Part shown: piece by piece, positions 48,861 through 58,257 of the stretch
Numbering within the stretch: the stretch's first letter is position 1
Layout: each line of letters starts with the position of its first letter
Program-made: the position numbers and the translations under genes
Assembly: GCA_963662625.1 (NCBI GenBank)
Contig: OY759726.1
Location: forward strand, 1,600,001 to 1,664,000
From: Nitrosopumilus sp.
Lineage (GTDB): Archaea; Thermoproteota; Nitrososphaeria; Nitrososphaerales; Nitrosopumilaceae
Length of the DNA stretch: 64,000 bases
Direction: 5' to 3'
Notes under the pieces: generated by a model
Told to the model about the DNA's origin: nothing
Seen by the model: the letters and a program-made list of their open reading frames with translations, nothing else
Database searches by the model: none

Positions 48861-49115
48861 TCCCCGGCAGGCCATTTGGCCACGGTTCCGGCCAACGCAA
48901 CGGCTGCCGCCGGCATGGCATGCGTCCCGGCGGCATGGCCGCGTCCTTGCATGGCGGGCGCGGCGCCGCCCCGGTCAGGCCGGGGCGCGCGGCGGCGATG
49001 GAAGCAAGCGCGGCGCATGGCGGCGGGCACAAATTCGGGCCTCCGGGTGCCCACGCCGGCCCGCCCGCGGCGGGGGCTGGACTCAAATTAAATACGACCC
49101 CGTGTAAACCCGGTT

Positions 49116-49796
49116 GTGAAGGTCGGAGTCGTGGTTTTTCCAGGCAGCAACTGCGATCGCGACATGTACCACGTGCTGTCCGACGTCTTTGGCTTCGAGG
49201 CGCGGTACCTCTGGCACGAGAGCCCCGTGCCCGGCGACGTCGACGCCGTGGTGCTCCCCGGGGGGTTCTCCTACGGGGACAGGCTGCGCGCGGGGGCCAT
49301 CGCCGCGCGCAGCCCGGCGATCGGCCACGTCCGCAGGCTGGCCCGGGAGGGGGTTCCTGTCCTGGGGGTCTGCAACGGGTTCCAGATACTGGTGGAGGCC
49401 GGACTGCTTCCGGGGGCCCTGCTGAGGAACGACTCGCTGGGCTTCATGTGCAGGTGGACCTCCCTCGTGGTGGAGAACGACCGCACGCCGTTCACGAACA
49501 GGCTCAGGGCGGGCCAGAGGGTGCCGATCCCCGTCGCCAACGGGGAGGGGAGGTACTACGCGGACGGGCCGACGCTGGAGTCCCTCGAGAGGAACGGCCA
49601 GGTAGTGTTCAGGTACGAGGACGCCGTGAACGGATCCACCTCCCGCATAGCGGGAGTCTGCAACGAGGAGGGGAACGTGGTGGGGATGATGCCCCACCCG
49701 GAGCGCGCCGCGGAGGCCGAGATCAACCCCGCGGACAGCGGGCCCTCGTCGCTCATATTCGAGTCGCTGATGGGATCGGCGGGTGCGGCGAATTGA
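49116..49796 (+). CDS. purQ: FGAM synthase glutaminase subunit
   Basis: FPGSNCD, PGGFSYGD, GVCNGFQ, MMPHPER. Confidence 0.96.
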   Translation: MKVGVVVFPGSNCDRDMYHVLSDVFGFEARYLWHESPVPGDVDAVVLPGGFSYGDRLRAGAIAARSPAIGHVRRLAREGVPVLGVCNGFQILVEAGLLPGALLRNDSLGFMCRWTSLVVENDRTPFTNRLRAGQRVPIPVANGEGRYYADGPTLESLERNGQVVFRYEDAVNGSTSRIAGVCNEEGNVVGMMPHPERAAEAEINPADSGPSSLIFESLMGSAGAAN

Positions 49797-51955
49797 GCCT
49801 GGAACCGCGGGAGTTACGGGAACTCGTGGACAGGATCGGCAGGGAGCCGACGCCCACCGAGCTCCAGATCGTCGCCGCCGAGTGGTCCGAGCACTGCTCG
49901 TACAAGTCGTCGAGGAAGCACCTCGGGGTGCTGCCCATGGACGGCCCGGCGGTGGTCTCGGGTAGGGGCTACGACTCGGGGGTCCTGGACGTCGGGGGCG
50001 GCTACGTGGTCACCGCCCACATCGAGAGCCACAACCACCCGTCGGCCGTGGAGCCGTACGGCGGGGCGGCCACCGGGGTGGGCGGCGTGATACGCGACAT
50101 ACTCTCCACGGGGACCCGCCCCATCGCCATACTCGACGGGCTGCGCTTTGGCGACGTCGAGAGCGACCCGCACGCCAGGTGGCTGTTCCGGAACGCGGTC
50201 GCCGGGATAGCCGACTATGGCAACTGCCTCGGAGTGCCCACGGTCGGCGGCGAGGTGGAGTTCGACGCCTGCTACTCCGGCTACGCCCTGGTGGACGTGG
50301 CGGCCGTGGGGTTCGGCAGGAGGGAGAACCTGATCAGGAACCGCGCCGGGGAGGGAGACCTGGTGGTGCTGCTTGGCGGCCATACCGGGCGGGACGGCAT
50401 CGGGGGCTCGCAGTTCGCCTCCGATCCGCTGGAGTCCGAGGACCGCTCCGCGGTCCAGATACCTGACCCGTTCACCGAGAAGCTGGTGATCGAGGCGGTC
50501 CTGGAGGCCAGGAACGCGCGGCTCATCCACGCGATAAAGGACCTGGGGGGCGGGGGCCTGTCGTGCGCGGTGTCCGAGACCGCCGACTCCCTGTCCGTGG
50601 GGATGCGGATGGACGTGGACATGGTCCACACGCGCGAGGAGGGGATGCGCCAGGAGGAGATCATGGTGTCCGAGTCCCAGGAGCGGATGCTGGTGATAAC
50701 CGACCGGGAGAAGCTGCCTGCGCTCCGGGCGATATGCGACAAGTTCCGCGTCGCGGCGTCGGTGATCGGGACGGTGACCTCCGACAACACGCTGCACGTC
50801 ACCAAGGGGGGAGCCACGTGCGCGCGCCTGCCGACCGGCGTCGTGGCTAACGCCACGCTGCTCGACAGGCCGTCCCGGAGGCCCTCGTACCTGGACGGCA
50901 TCGGGAGCGGGGACGGCATAGGGCCGCCGTCGGACTATGCCGCCACGCTGCTCCGGATGCTGTCGGCGCCGAACATCGCTAGCAGGATCTGGGTCTACGG
51001 CCAGTACGACCACGAGGTCGGGATCCGCACCGTGGTGAGGCCCGGCGGGGACGCGTCGGTGCTGAGGCTCGACAACGGGAGGTTCCTCTCGGTCAAGATC
51101 GACGGCAACCCGAAGCACTGCTACCTCGACCCGCGGGAGGGGGCGATAGGGTGCTTCGAGGAGGCGTGCAGGAACGTCGCGTGCACCGGGGCCAAGCCCG
51201 CTGGGATGCTCGACCACCTGCAGTTCGGGAGCCCGGAGGATCCCGAGATATTCTGGACGTTCCTGGAGTCCGTCCGCGGCCTGGCCGACTTTGCGAGGCA
51301 CCTCGGGATCCCGTGCATCGGCGGCAAGGTGAGCCTGTACAACGAGACCCCCGCGGGCCCGATCAAGCCCACCCCCCTGGTCGGGGTCCTGGGGCTGGCA
51401 GACAGGGCACACGTGCCGCGGGCCGCCTCCCCTGGGGACTGCATCGTGGCCGTCGGGGACACGCGCGACGAGATGGGCGGATCCGAGTACTTTGAGTACG
51501 TCCACGGGTTCGTGGGCGGCAGGTGCCCCGCGGTGGACTTTGAAGAGTCGGTCAGGAACATGGGGGCGGTCATCGAGGCGGTCGGCGGGGGCCTCGCGAA
51601 GAACGCGCACGACTGCTCCAAGGGGGGCATGGCCGTGGCTGTGTCAGAGCTCTGCATGGCGGGCGGCGCCGGCTGCGACGTGTCGGTGGGGGACGTCCCT
51701 GGCCCGGGACTCGGGCCGGACAGGGCGATGTTCTCCGAGAGCCACTCCAGGTACGTCCTGGTGGCCGAGAGGGGGGACCTGGAGCCGCTGCTGGGGCTGC
51801 TGCGGAGGAGCGGGGCCCCGCACCGGCTGGTGGGCGAGTTCACCGGTGGCGGGATGCGGTTCCGCGAGGGCGGCAGGGACGTCGCCGACGTCGGGGTCGG
51901 CAGGGCGCGGGACGCCTGGCTCAACTCGCTGGGGAGGCTGGCGTCCCGTGGTTAA
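49793..51955 (+). CDS. purL: FGAM synthase synthetase subunit
   Basis: WSEHCSYKSS, ESHNHPS, DLGGGGL, SESQERM; TTG start overlaps the purQ stop. Confidence 0.96.
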   Translation: MSLEPRELRELVDRIGREPTPTELQIVAAEWSEHCSYKSSRKHLGVLPMDGPAVVSGRGYDSGVLDVGGGYVVTAHIESHNHPSAVEPYGGAATGVGGVIRDILSTGTRPIAILDGLRFGDVESDPHARWLFRNAVAGIADYGNCLGVPTVGGEVEFDACYSGYALVDVAAVGFGRRENLIRNRAGEGDLVVLLGGHTGRDGIGGSQFASDPLESEDRSAVQIPDPFTEKLVIEAVLEARNARLIHAIKDLGGGGLSCAVSETADSLSVGMRMDVDMVHTREEGMRQEEIMVSESQERMLVITDREKLPALRAICDKFRVAASVIGTVTSDNTLHVTKGGATCARLPTGVVANATLLDRPSRRPSYLDGIGSGDGIGPPSDYAATLLRMLSAPNIASRIWVYGQYDHEVGIRTVVRPGGDASVLRLDNGRFLSVKIDGNPKHCYLDPREGAIGCFEEACRNVACTGAKPAGMLDHLQFGSPEDPEIFWTFLESVRGLADFARHLGIPCIGGKVSLYNETPAGPIKPTPLVGVLGLADRAHVPRAASPGDCIVAVGDTRDEMGGSEYFEYVHGFVGGRCPAVDFEESVRNMGAVIEAVGGGLAKNAHDCSKGGMAVAVSELCMAGGAGCDVSVGDVPGPGLGPDRAMFSESHSRYVLVAERGDLEPLLGLLRRSGAPHRLVGEFTGGGMRFREGGRDVADVGVGRARDAWLNSLGRLASRG

Positions 51956-53417
51956 GGAAAACTGCGGGGTGGTGGGGATATTCAGCCTCAGCGGGACCAA
52001 CGTGGTCCCGATGGCGATCGACGCCCTGCGCGCCCTGCAGCACAGGGGGCAGGAGGCGTGGGGCATCGCCGTCCCGAACAAGCCCCCGTTCAAGAGGCTG
52101 GGGCTGGTGTCCGCGTCCTCGTCGGAGTTCAAGAGGATAGCCGCCGCGTACCGCTCGCACGCCGTGATAGGGCACGTCAGGTACTCCACCATGGGGAGGA
52201 GCTCCATCGAGAACGCCCAGCCGCTCAAGGTGAGGGACCTCTGCGTGGCCCACAACGGGACCATCGCCAACGCCCAGGAGCTGTCCAACATGGTCGGCGG
52301 GTGCTCGTTCACCCCGCAGAACTCGAGCGACACCCTCGTGGCGGCCCAGAGGCTAGTCTCGCTCATCTCCGAGAAGGGCCAGATGGGCAAGGCGCTGGCC
52401 GTGCTGAAGAACGAGATGGCCGGGTCGTACTGCTTCACGTTCATCTCCGACGACGGGTCCGTCTACGCCGCGCGCGACCCCAAGGGGTTCCGCCCGATGG
52501 TGCTGGGGCGCAAGGAATCCGACGACACGTTCATCGTCGCCTCCGAGTCGGCCGCGCTGTCCGCGGTGGGCGCGGCCCTGCAGCGCGACGTGGCCCCCGG
52601 GGAGCTCATCAGGTTCGGCGGGTCCGGGCTGGAGTCCGAGCGCTTCTCCGACGCGTCGGAGCACGCCCACTGCTCCTTCGAGTTCACGTACTTTGCGCAC
52701 CCGTCGAGCAAGATGGAGGACAGGAACGTCTACCTCGCCAGGAAGCGCATCGGGCAGCTCCTGGCCAGGAAGTTCCCGATGCGCGAGGCGGACCTGGTGA
52801 TCCCGGTGCCCGACTCCGCGAGGCCCGCGGCGCTGGGGTACGCCCAGGAGCTCGGCGTCACGTTCGACGAGGGGCTGCTCAAGGACAGGTACAGCAAGAA
52901 GGGCCCGCTCCGGAGCTTCATCGAGCCGCACCAGTCCGACAGGGTGGAGATCAACAGGTGGATAATACCGATCAGGGAGATAATCGAGGGGAGGCACGTG
53001 GTGGTGATCGACGACAGCCTCGTCCGGGGCACCAGCTCGAAGGCCATAATCAAGGCGCTGCGCCGGGCCGGGGCCAAGAGGATCAGCATGCTGATCACCT
53101 ACCCGCAGATCAACTTCCCGTGCTACGCCGGGATAGACTTCCCGTCGCAGCAGGAGCTCGCGACGTACTCCGGCGGGAAGGAGATGGGCGCCGACGAGAT
53201 AACCGAGATGGTGAGGAGGGACATAGGGGCCGACTTCCTGGGGTACAACGACGCCGAAAACCTGGCAGACGCGGTGGGGATCCCACGGGACTCGATGTGC
53301 TTCACGTGCTCCACGGGGGACTACGCCCCGCTGGGGATCGTCCCCGAGTTCAAGGCCCGAGGGGCGGCGGCGCGGCGCGCGCGCGACGCGGCGGCCGGCC
53401 GGGAGCGGTCATCTTAA
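51948..53417 (+). CDS. purF: Amidophosphoribosyltransferase
   Basis: ENCGVVG, LQHRGQE, GHVRYST, VIDDSLVRGTSS. Confidence 0.96.
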   Translation: MVKENCGVVGIFSLSGTNVVPMAIDALRALQHRGQEAWGIAVPNKPPFKRLGLVSASSSEFKRIAAAYRSHAVIGHVRYSTMGRSSIENAQPLKVRDLCVAHNGTIANAQELSNMVGGCSFTPQNSSDTLVAAQRLVSLISEKGQMGKALAVLKNEMAGSYCFTFISDDGSVYAARDPKGFRPMVLGRKESDDTFIVASESAALSAVGAALQRDVAPGELIRFGGSGLESERFSDASEHAHCSFEFTYFAHPSSKMEDRNVYLARKRIGQLLARKFPMREADLVIPVPDSARPAALGYAQELGVTFDEGLLKDRYSKKGPLRSFIEPHQSDRVEINRWIIPIREIIEGRHVVVIDDSLVRGTSSKAIIKALRRAGAKRISMLITYPQINFPCYAGIDFPSQQELATYSGGKEMGADEITEMVRRDIGADFLGYNDAENLADAVGIPRDSMCFTCSTGDYAPLGIVPEFKARGAAARRARDAAAGRERSS

Positions 53418-53442
53418 TTATCAGTGGCGCGATCCGTTACCT

Positions 53443-53829
53443 GTGCAGTCGTACACCGCCATCATCGCGATAGGGGCCGGCGCCATAGTGGCCATGGCGA
53501 TATTCTTCGGGATGGACGTCCTGAAGATGTCTGTCTCCACGCAGGGGTACGACGTGTTCGTGGACCCGATCATCGACAAGCAGAGCCTGTTCGTCACCGG
53601 CAGGGTGACCGTCCAGAACACGGGCTCGGAGCCGCTCACCAACGTCCGCGTGAACTTTGGCGCCGGCGACGCCCTGGACCTGGGGGACATGCCTGTGGGC
53701 CAGAAGGTAATCATCTCGCCGCCGCCCGAGAACCCGATGGAGTTCGTCATGGTGAGCGCCGACAACGGGGTGTTCGTGAGCAAGGCGTACCGCGAGCTGC
53801 CCAAGATGGTGGGCATGATGGGCTCCTAG
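53443..53829 (+). CDS. Membrane-anchored hypothetical protein
   Basis: N-terminal TM plus beta-rich domain; host codon usage. Confidence 0.7.
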   Translation: MQSYTAIIAIGAGAIVAMAIFFGMDVLKMSVSTQGYDVFVDPIIDKQSLFVTGRVTVQNTGSEPLTNVRVNFGAGDALDLGDMPVGQKVIISPPPENPMEFVMVSADNGVFVSKAYRELPKMVGMMGS

Positions 53830-54285
53830 GGCGGGGCCGGCGGGGGGACTGCGCATGCCGAAGCCGCGCGCCGGCAGCCGCCGGGGGAACCGCCCGGCCC
53901 GCGCGGGGAACCCGCCCGCCTGAGCGGGGGCCAGGCGCGCGGCGGAACGGCCCCCCGCATCATAAAAACGAAAAACGGGGAATTTTTTTATAAACATTAT
54001 TTTTTTATAAAAGACCCGGCCCGGGGCGCGGCGGGAGGCGGCTGACCGGGACAACCGCATCGGCGTTAAAGGGGAAGTCCGGGGACCGCGTGCACCCGCG
54101 CAAGTGGGGGAACGCAGTGCGGGAGGTAATGCACATGGTGGACATGTACGGCCGACGGGTGGGGGCGGCCGGGGCGCAGGGACGCCAGGCGGCGCGGCCG
54201 GGCCATGGCCCGTGGATCGTGCCAAGTAATACGGCAGGCTGGCCGGGCCCCAGCAGTTAAATCCCGCGCGGCCGGAGGCGGATCG

Positions 54286-55110
54286 TTGGAGTTTCTCGCG
54301 TCTGGCAAGGTCAAGGACATCTACGACTACGGGGACGGCCAGCTCCTGTTCCGGTTCTCCGACAGGGTGTCGGCGTACGACGTCAAGTTCGGCCAGGGCA
54401 TACCGCGGAAGGGGGAGGTGCTCTGCAGGTTCGCCGAGTTCTGGTTCGGCGCCCTGGGCGTCCCGAACCACTTCGTCAGGCGCCTGTCGGACACGGAGAT
54501 CGTCGTCAGGAGGCTGGACATGCTCCCGATCGAGTGCGTCGTCAGGGGCTACTTTTACGGCAGCCTGGCGGCCAGGTGGGAGAGGGGCGAGGCGAGGCTT
54601 CCCGGGGGCACGCGTGCCGTCCTGGCCGCGAAGCTGCCGGAGCCCGTCTTCGATCCCACGACAAAGTCGGAGCACGACGCGCCGGTGGACCGGCAGGCGG
54701 CGCTGGGGGCCGGGCTAGTCACCGCGGGGCAGTTTGACTGGCTGTCGTCGGCGTCGGTCGGCATCTACAACAGGATGGCATCGATCGCCGACGCCGCGGG
54801 GTTCATCCTGGCAGACCTGAAGCTGGAGTTCGGGGTGGAGGGCGGCCGGATCGTGCTGGGCGACTCCATCGGGCCCGACGAGTGCAGGTTGTGGCCAAAG
54901 GAGTCGTACGAGGAGGGGAGGACGCAGGAGGCGTACGACAAGCAGATCCTCAGGGACTGGCTGACGGAGCACGGCCACGCCAGGGGGTTCGACGATGCCC
55001 GGAAGGACGGGCGGGAGCCCGTGCCGCCGGCGATACCGCCGGAGATATCCTCCAAGATGACCGCGCGGTACGTCGACGCCTACCGTAGGATAACCGGCCT
55101 GCCGATCTGA
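54286..55110 (+). CDS. purC: SAICAR synthetase
   Basis: [41 protein letters not shown]. Confidence 0.95.
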   Translation: MEFLASGKVKDIYDYGDGQLLFRFSDRVSAYDVKFGQGIPRKGEVLCRFAEFWFGALGVPNHFVRRLSDTEIVVRRLDMLPIECVVRGYFYGSLAARWERGEARLPGGTRAVLAAKLPEPVFDPTTKSEHDAPVDRQAALGAGLVTAGQFDWLSSASVGIYNRMASIADAAGFILADLKLEFGVEGGRIVLGDSIGPDECRLWPKESYEEGRTQEAYDKQILRDWLTEHGHARGFDDARKDGREPVPPAIPPEISSKMTARYVDAYRRITGLPI

Positions 55111-55165
55111 CCCGGATGGTGGCCTCCCGCCGCGCGAGGCCGCGCCCGACTCGAATTCCCCGTCT

Positions 55166-55297
55166 AGCCGTCCCCGCAGCCGTCCCCGCAGCCGTCCCCG
55201 CAGCCGTACCCGCAGCCGTCCCCGCAGCCGTCCCCGCAGCCGTCCCCGCAGCCGTACCCGCAGCCGTACCCGCAGCCGTACCCGCAGCCGTACCCGC
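55166..55297. repeat. 11 x 12-bp tandem repeat
   Basis: AGCCGT(C/A)CCCGC. Confidence 0.95.
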
Positions 55298-55311
55298 GGG
55301 GGTGCCCACTG

Positions 55312-55371
55312 CCCCGGCACCCCCGGCACCCCCGGCACCCCCGGCACCCCCGGCACCCCCGGCACCCCCGG
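55312..55371. repeat. 6.7 x 9-bp tandem repeat
   Basis: CCCCGGCAC. Confidence 0.95.
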
Positions 55372-55665
55372 AAATCCCCTGGCCCTTTTTGCACTACGAC
55401 TTTCCCCGTCCCGGTACGGGACGCACCATACCGCGACTGCCAGGGCCGTGGCGCTACCGGCAACGTACAGCCGCTACGTGATCACTGCCGCCGCCGCGGA
55501 ATCCCTGCCGCCGCTACCGGGTACGCGGTGACGACACGGCGGCCCCCGCAGCGGGACGGCCAGGCGGCCGCCGGTACCGGAACGGCGGTAGCGGAAAAAA
55601 ATTGATGCGTTTGGACAAAAAAATATGATGTTGCAGATCTTTTACCCACGGCGGGAGTCCCACGC

Positions 55666-56187
55666 ATGTCCACCATCCTTGAAAACCCGGTCAGGGTAAA
55701 CCGGATCGTCACGACCAGCAGCAGCCACGCGAGGGCCATCGACGACCCTGCGCGCGCGAGGATCATGGAGATCCTCTACAGGCGGGCGCTGTCCGCCGAG
55801 CAGATCACCCGCGAGCTGAAAAAGTCGGGGCACAAAAAGGCAGTGACCACGGTCAGGCACCACCTCGACATACTCAAGGGGTCGGGCCTGATAGAGGTGT
55901 CCAGGATCGACGAGTCCCGCGGCGCCATCACAAAGTTCTACAGCACCTCCACCAAGCTGCTGAGCTACGACGCGCCCAAGGACTTTGACTCCAGGTACTC
56001 CAAGGCGATCGACTCGGCGTCGGCCAAGCTCGCGAAGGTCATCAAGGGCATCAAGATCGACGCGCCGAAGGGCAAGAGGGGGAAGCACGAGACGCCGGAG
56101 GCGTACCTCCAGTACCTCACCATGGAGGTGGTGAACCGCGCCATGACGAACGTGCTGGAGAACCGGGAGGTGGGCGGCAAAACCTAA
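55666..56187 (+). CDS. ArsR-like winged-HTH transcriptional regulator
   Basis: DPARARIMEIL...TTVRHHLDILKGSGLIE. Confidence 0.85.
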   Translation: MSTILENPVRVNRIVTTSSSHARAIDDPARARIMEILYRRALSAEQITRELKKSGHKKAVTTVRHHLDILKGSGLIEVSRIDESRGAITKFYSTSTKLLSYDAPKDFDSRYSKAIDSASAKLAKVIKGIKIDAPKGKRGKHETPEAYLQYLTMEVVNRAMTNVLENREVGGKT

Positions 56188-56212
56188 GTAGAGACGCGCC
56201 GTATGCACTGGC

Positions 56213-56530
56213 ATGGCGAGGGTCTTTTACGGCCAAAAGACGGAGCAGCTCGTGGAAAAGGTGCTGCTGGCGGGCTGGCGCCGGCGCGTAAGCGGCGAGC
56301 TGACCCGGGATCACCAGGACATGTCCGACAACTGGAAGATGTGCGCGATCGGGGAGCGCGTCATGCTGGAGGGAAGGGACATGGAGTCGGTCAGGGACCT
56401 GTCCCCCGAGGCGATCAAGCTCGGGTACGACTTCTCCGTGGCGCTGCAGGAGCGCGACAACGAGAGGGCGCTTGAGATCATAGCGGGAATCGAGGGGCTC
56501 CCGACGATCTGGAGGGACGGCCATGGATGA
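56213..56530 (+). CDS. Hypothetical protein
   Basis: 105-aa ORF coupled to the next gene. Confidence 0.7.
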   Translation: MARVFYGQKTEQLVEKVLLAGWRRRVSGELTRDHQDMSDNWKMCAIGERVMLEGRDMESVRDLSPEAIKLGYDFSVALQERDNERALEIIAGIEGLPTIWRDGHG

Positions 56531-56930
56531 AAAGGCAGAGCGGTTGTTCCGTGGAAGGAACCTGGTCTTCGTGGCCACGCTGATGGGGGACGGCGCCCCG
56601 CAGGTGTCGCCGGTGTGGGCAAGCTTTGAGGGGGGCCACATACTGGTCAACACGGCCGAGGGGAGGATCAAGCACAAGAACGTCCTGCGCGACCCCCGGG
56701 TCGCGGTGTCGGTGGTCTCAAGCGAGAACCCCCTCGACATGACGACGATACGCGGCGTGGTGGTGGAACTGGTCCCGGACTATGACTACGCCCATGCAGA
56801 CAAGCTGACACGGCAGTACATGGGCCGCGAGCGCTACCCGTTCAGGCGCGAGGGGGAGAAAAGGGTGATCCTGAAGATAAGGCCCGACCGCGTCTTCGTG
56901 CTGCCGGAACTGAAGATGGACCCGGAATGA
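56523..56930 (+). CDS. PPOX-class F420-dependent oxidoreductase
   Basis: ATLMGDGAPQVSPVW, K.KNV.RDPRVAV. Confidence 0.88.
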   Translation: MDEKAERLFRGRNLVFVATLMGDGAPQVSPVWASFEGGHILVNTAEGRIKHKNVLRDPRVAVSVVSSENPLDMTTIRGVVVELVPDYDYAHADKLTRQYMGRERYPFRREGEKRVILKIRPDRVFVLPELKMDPE

Positions 56931-56963
56931 GGGGCCCGGGATCCCTGGGAAACGTGGTGAAAT

Positions 56964-56970
56964 AAAAAAA
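56964..56970 (-). terminator. Oligo-T archaeal terminator candidate
   Basis: T7 run on the minus strand 13 bp after the stop of the basic repeat gene. Confidence 0.4.
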
Positions 56971-56982
56971 GGGCGGGGCAGC

Positions 56983-57669
56983 CTAGCGGCGCCTGGCTGC
57001 CCTTTTGGTCGTAGCTTTCCTGGTTGCCGTTCTAGCCGTAGCTTTCCTGGTTGCCGTTCTAGCCGTAGCTTTCCTGGTTGCCGTTCTAGCCGTAGCTTTC
57101 CTGGTTGCCGTTCTAGCCGTAGCTTTCCTGGTTGCCGTTCTAGCCGTAGCTTTCCTGGTTGCCGTTCTAGCCGTAGCTTTCCTGGTTGCCGTTCTAGCCG
57201 TAGCTTTCCTGGTTGCCGTTCTAGCCGTAGCTTTTCTAGCAGTGGCTTTCCTCGTCGTAGCTTTCCTGGTTGCCGTTCTAGCCGTAGCTTTCCTGGTTGC
57301 CGTTCTAGCCGTAGCTTTCCTGGTTGCCGTTCTAGCCGTAGCTTTCCTGGTTGCCGTTCTAGCCGTAGCTTTCCTGGTTGCCGTTCTAGCCGTAGCTTTC
57401 CTGGTTGCCGTTCTAGCCGTAGCTTTCCTGGTTGCCGTTCTAGCCGTAGCTTTCCTGGTTGCCGTTCTAGCCGTAGCTTTCCTGGTTGCCGTTCTAGCCG
57501 TAGCTTTTCTGGTTGCCGTTCTAGCCGTAGCTTTTCTAGCAGTGGCTTTCCTCGCCGTAGCTTTCCTGGTTGCCGTTCTAGCCGTAGCTTTTCTAGCAGT
57601 GGCTTTCCTCGCCGTAGCTTTCCTGGTTGCCGTTCTAGCCGTAGCTTTCTTGGCTTTAGCTGTTGCCAT
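56983..57669 (-). CDS. Histone-H1/Hc2-like basic repeat protein
   Basis: 228 aa almost only K/R/A/T; 27-bp tandem repeats encoding ATARTATRK; ATG start, AT-rich upstream. Confidence 0.75.
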   Translation of the reverse strand: MATAKAKKATARTATRKATARKATARKATARTATRKATARKATARKATARTATRKATARTATRKATARTATRKATARTATRKATARTATRKATARTATRKATARTATRKATARTATRKATARTATRKATARTATRKATTRKATARKATARTATRKATARTATRKATARTATRKATARTATRKATARTATRKATARTATRKATARTATRKATARTATRKATTKRAARRR

Positions 57670-57771
57670 GGTTTTTTTCCCTTCTCATACCGGTTATATG
57701 GTTAAAGTCATACATAATTGTGCAAGCAATAATAAAATTTGACAATATTTTCAAAAAAACCGCCCGCGCGA

Positions 57772-58257
57772 TCAACAATTTGCAATGCAGATCCTTGCAG
57801 TGTCAACGCTCGACTGCTGTTTTGTCGGCCTGATCACAACCTTGTACTGCGCTTCCTCGTCGTACGGCACGTCGAACTGGGTGGTCCAGCTTACCGGCTT
57901 GCCGGGTTCCAGGACGTCGTCCAGCAGGTCCGTAGCCGTGAACTCCCCGTAGACTGCCCTGTGGTTCTGGTTCTTCTCGTCAACAAGGTAGAACTGCCCG
58001 CCGGACATCCGCGTCTTTTCGCCGCTTATGTTTTCCGCGTCGATCTTGATCCTGACAAAAGTGTTTGCGGGGGACTTCTCCTTGTTCCCCATGTGCGTCC
58101 CGTCAAAGAACACCGAGTACTGCACGGGGCCGACCGTTACCGGCTCCCCCTCTGCAACCTCCACGAAGTTCGTCTGGTACTGGGTGTACATGTACATGGC
58201 TGCTGCCATCGACGCTATCACTGCGGCAATCACAACCACCGCGCCAATCCCTGCCAT
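57772..58257 (-). CDS. DUF4352-like membrane-anchored protein
   Basis: N-terminal TM; FVRIKI.AEN...FYLVDE...LEPG...FDVP. Confidence 0.75.
   Translation of the reverse strand: MAGIGAVVVIAAVIASMAAAMYMYTQYQTNFVEVAEGEPVTVGPVQYSVFFDGTHMGNKEKSPANTFVRIKIDAENISGEKTRMSGGQFYLVDEKNQNHRAVYGEFTATDLLDDVLEPGKPVSWTTQFDVPYDEEAQYKVVIRPTKQQSSVDTARICIANC

Noticed and set aside
54030-54260. Possible structured RNA (cobalamin riboswitch or RNase P-like GGGGAAGTCC) upstream of purC
   Set aside because: Only a short motif matches; I could not build the conserved helices. A covariance-model search would be needed.
55164-55463. Cys/Gly-rich peptide ORF (GCR/GYGC repeats) as metallothionein or RiPP precursor
   Set aside because: It arises from minisatellites open in several frames; no modifying enzymes nearby and no clear start signals.
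57005-57742. 245-aa hydrophobic ORF (VAFLVAVLA)n on +
   Set aside because: Antisense shadow of the basic repeat gene, which has the ATG, promoter-like upstream DNA and T-run terminator.
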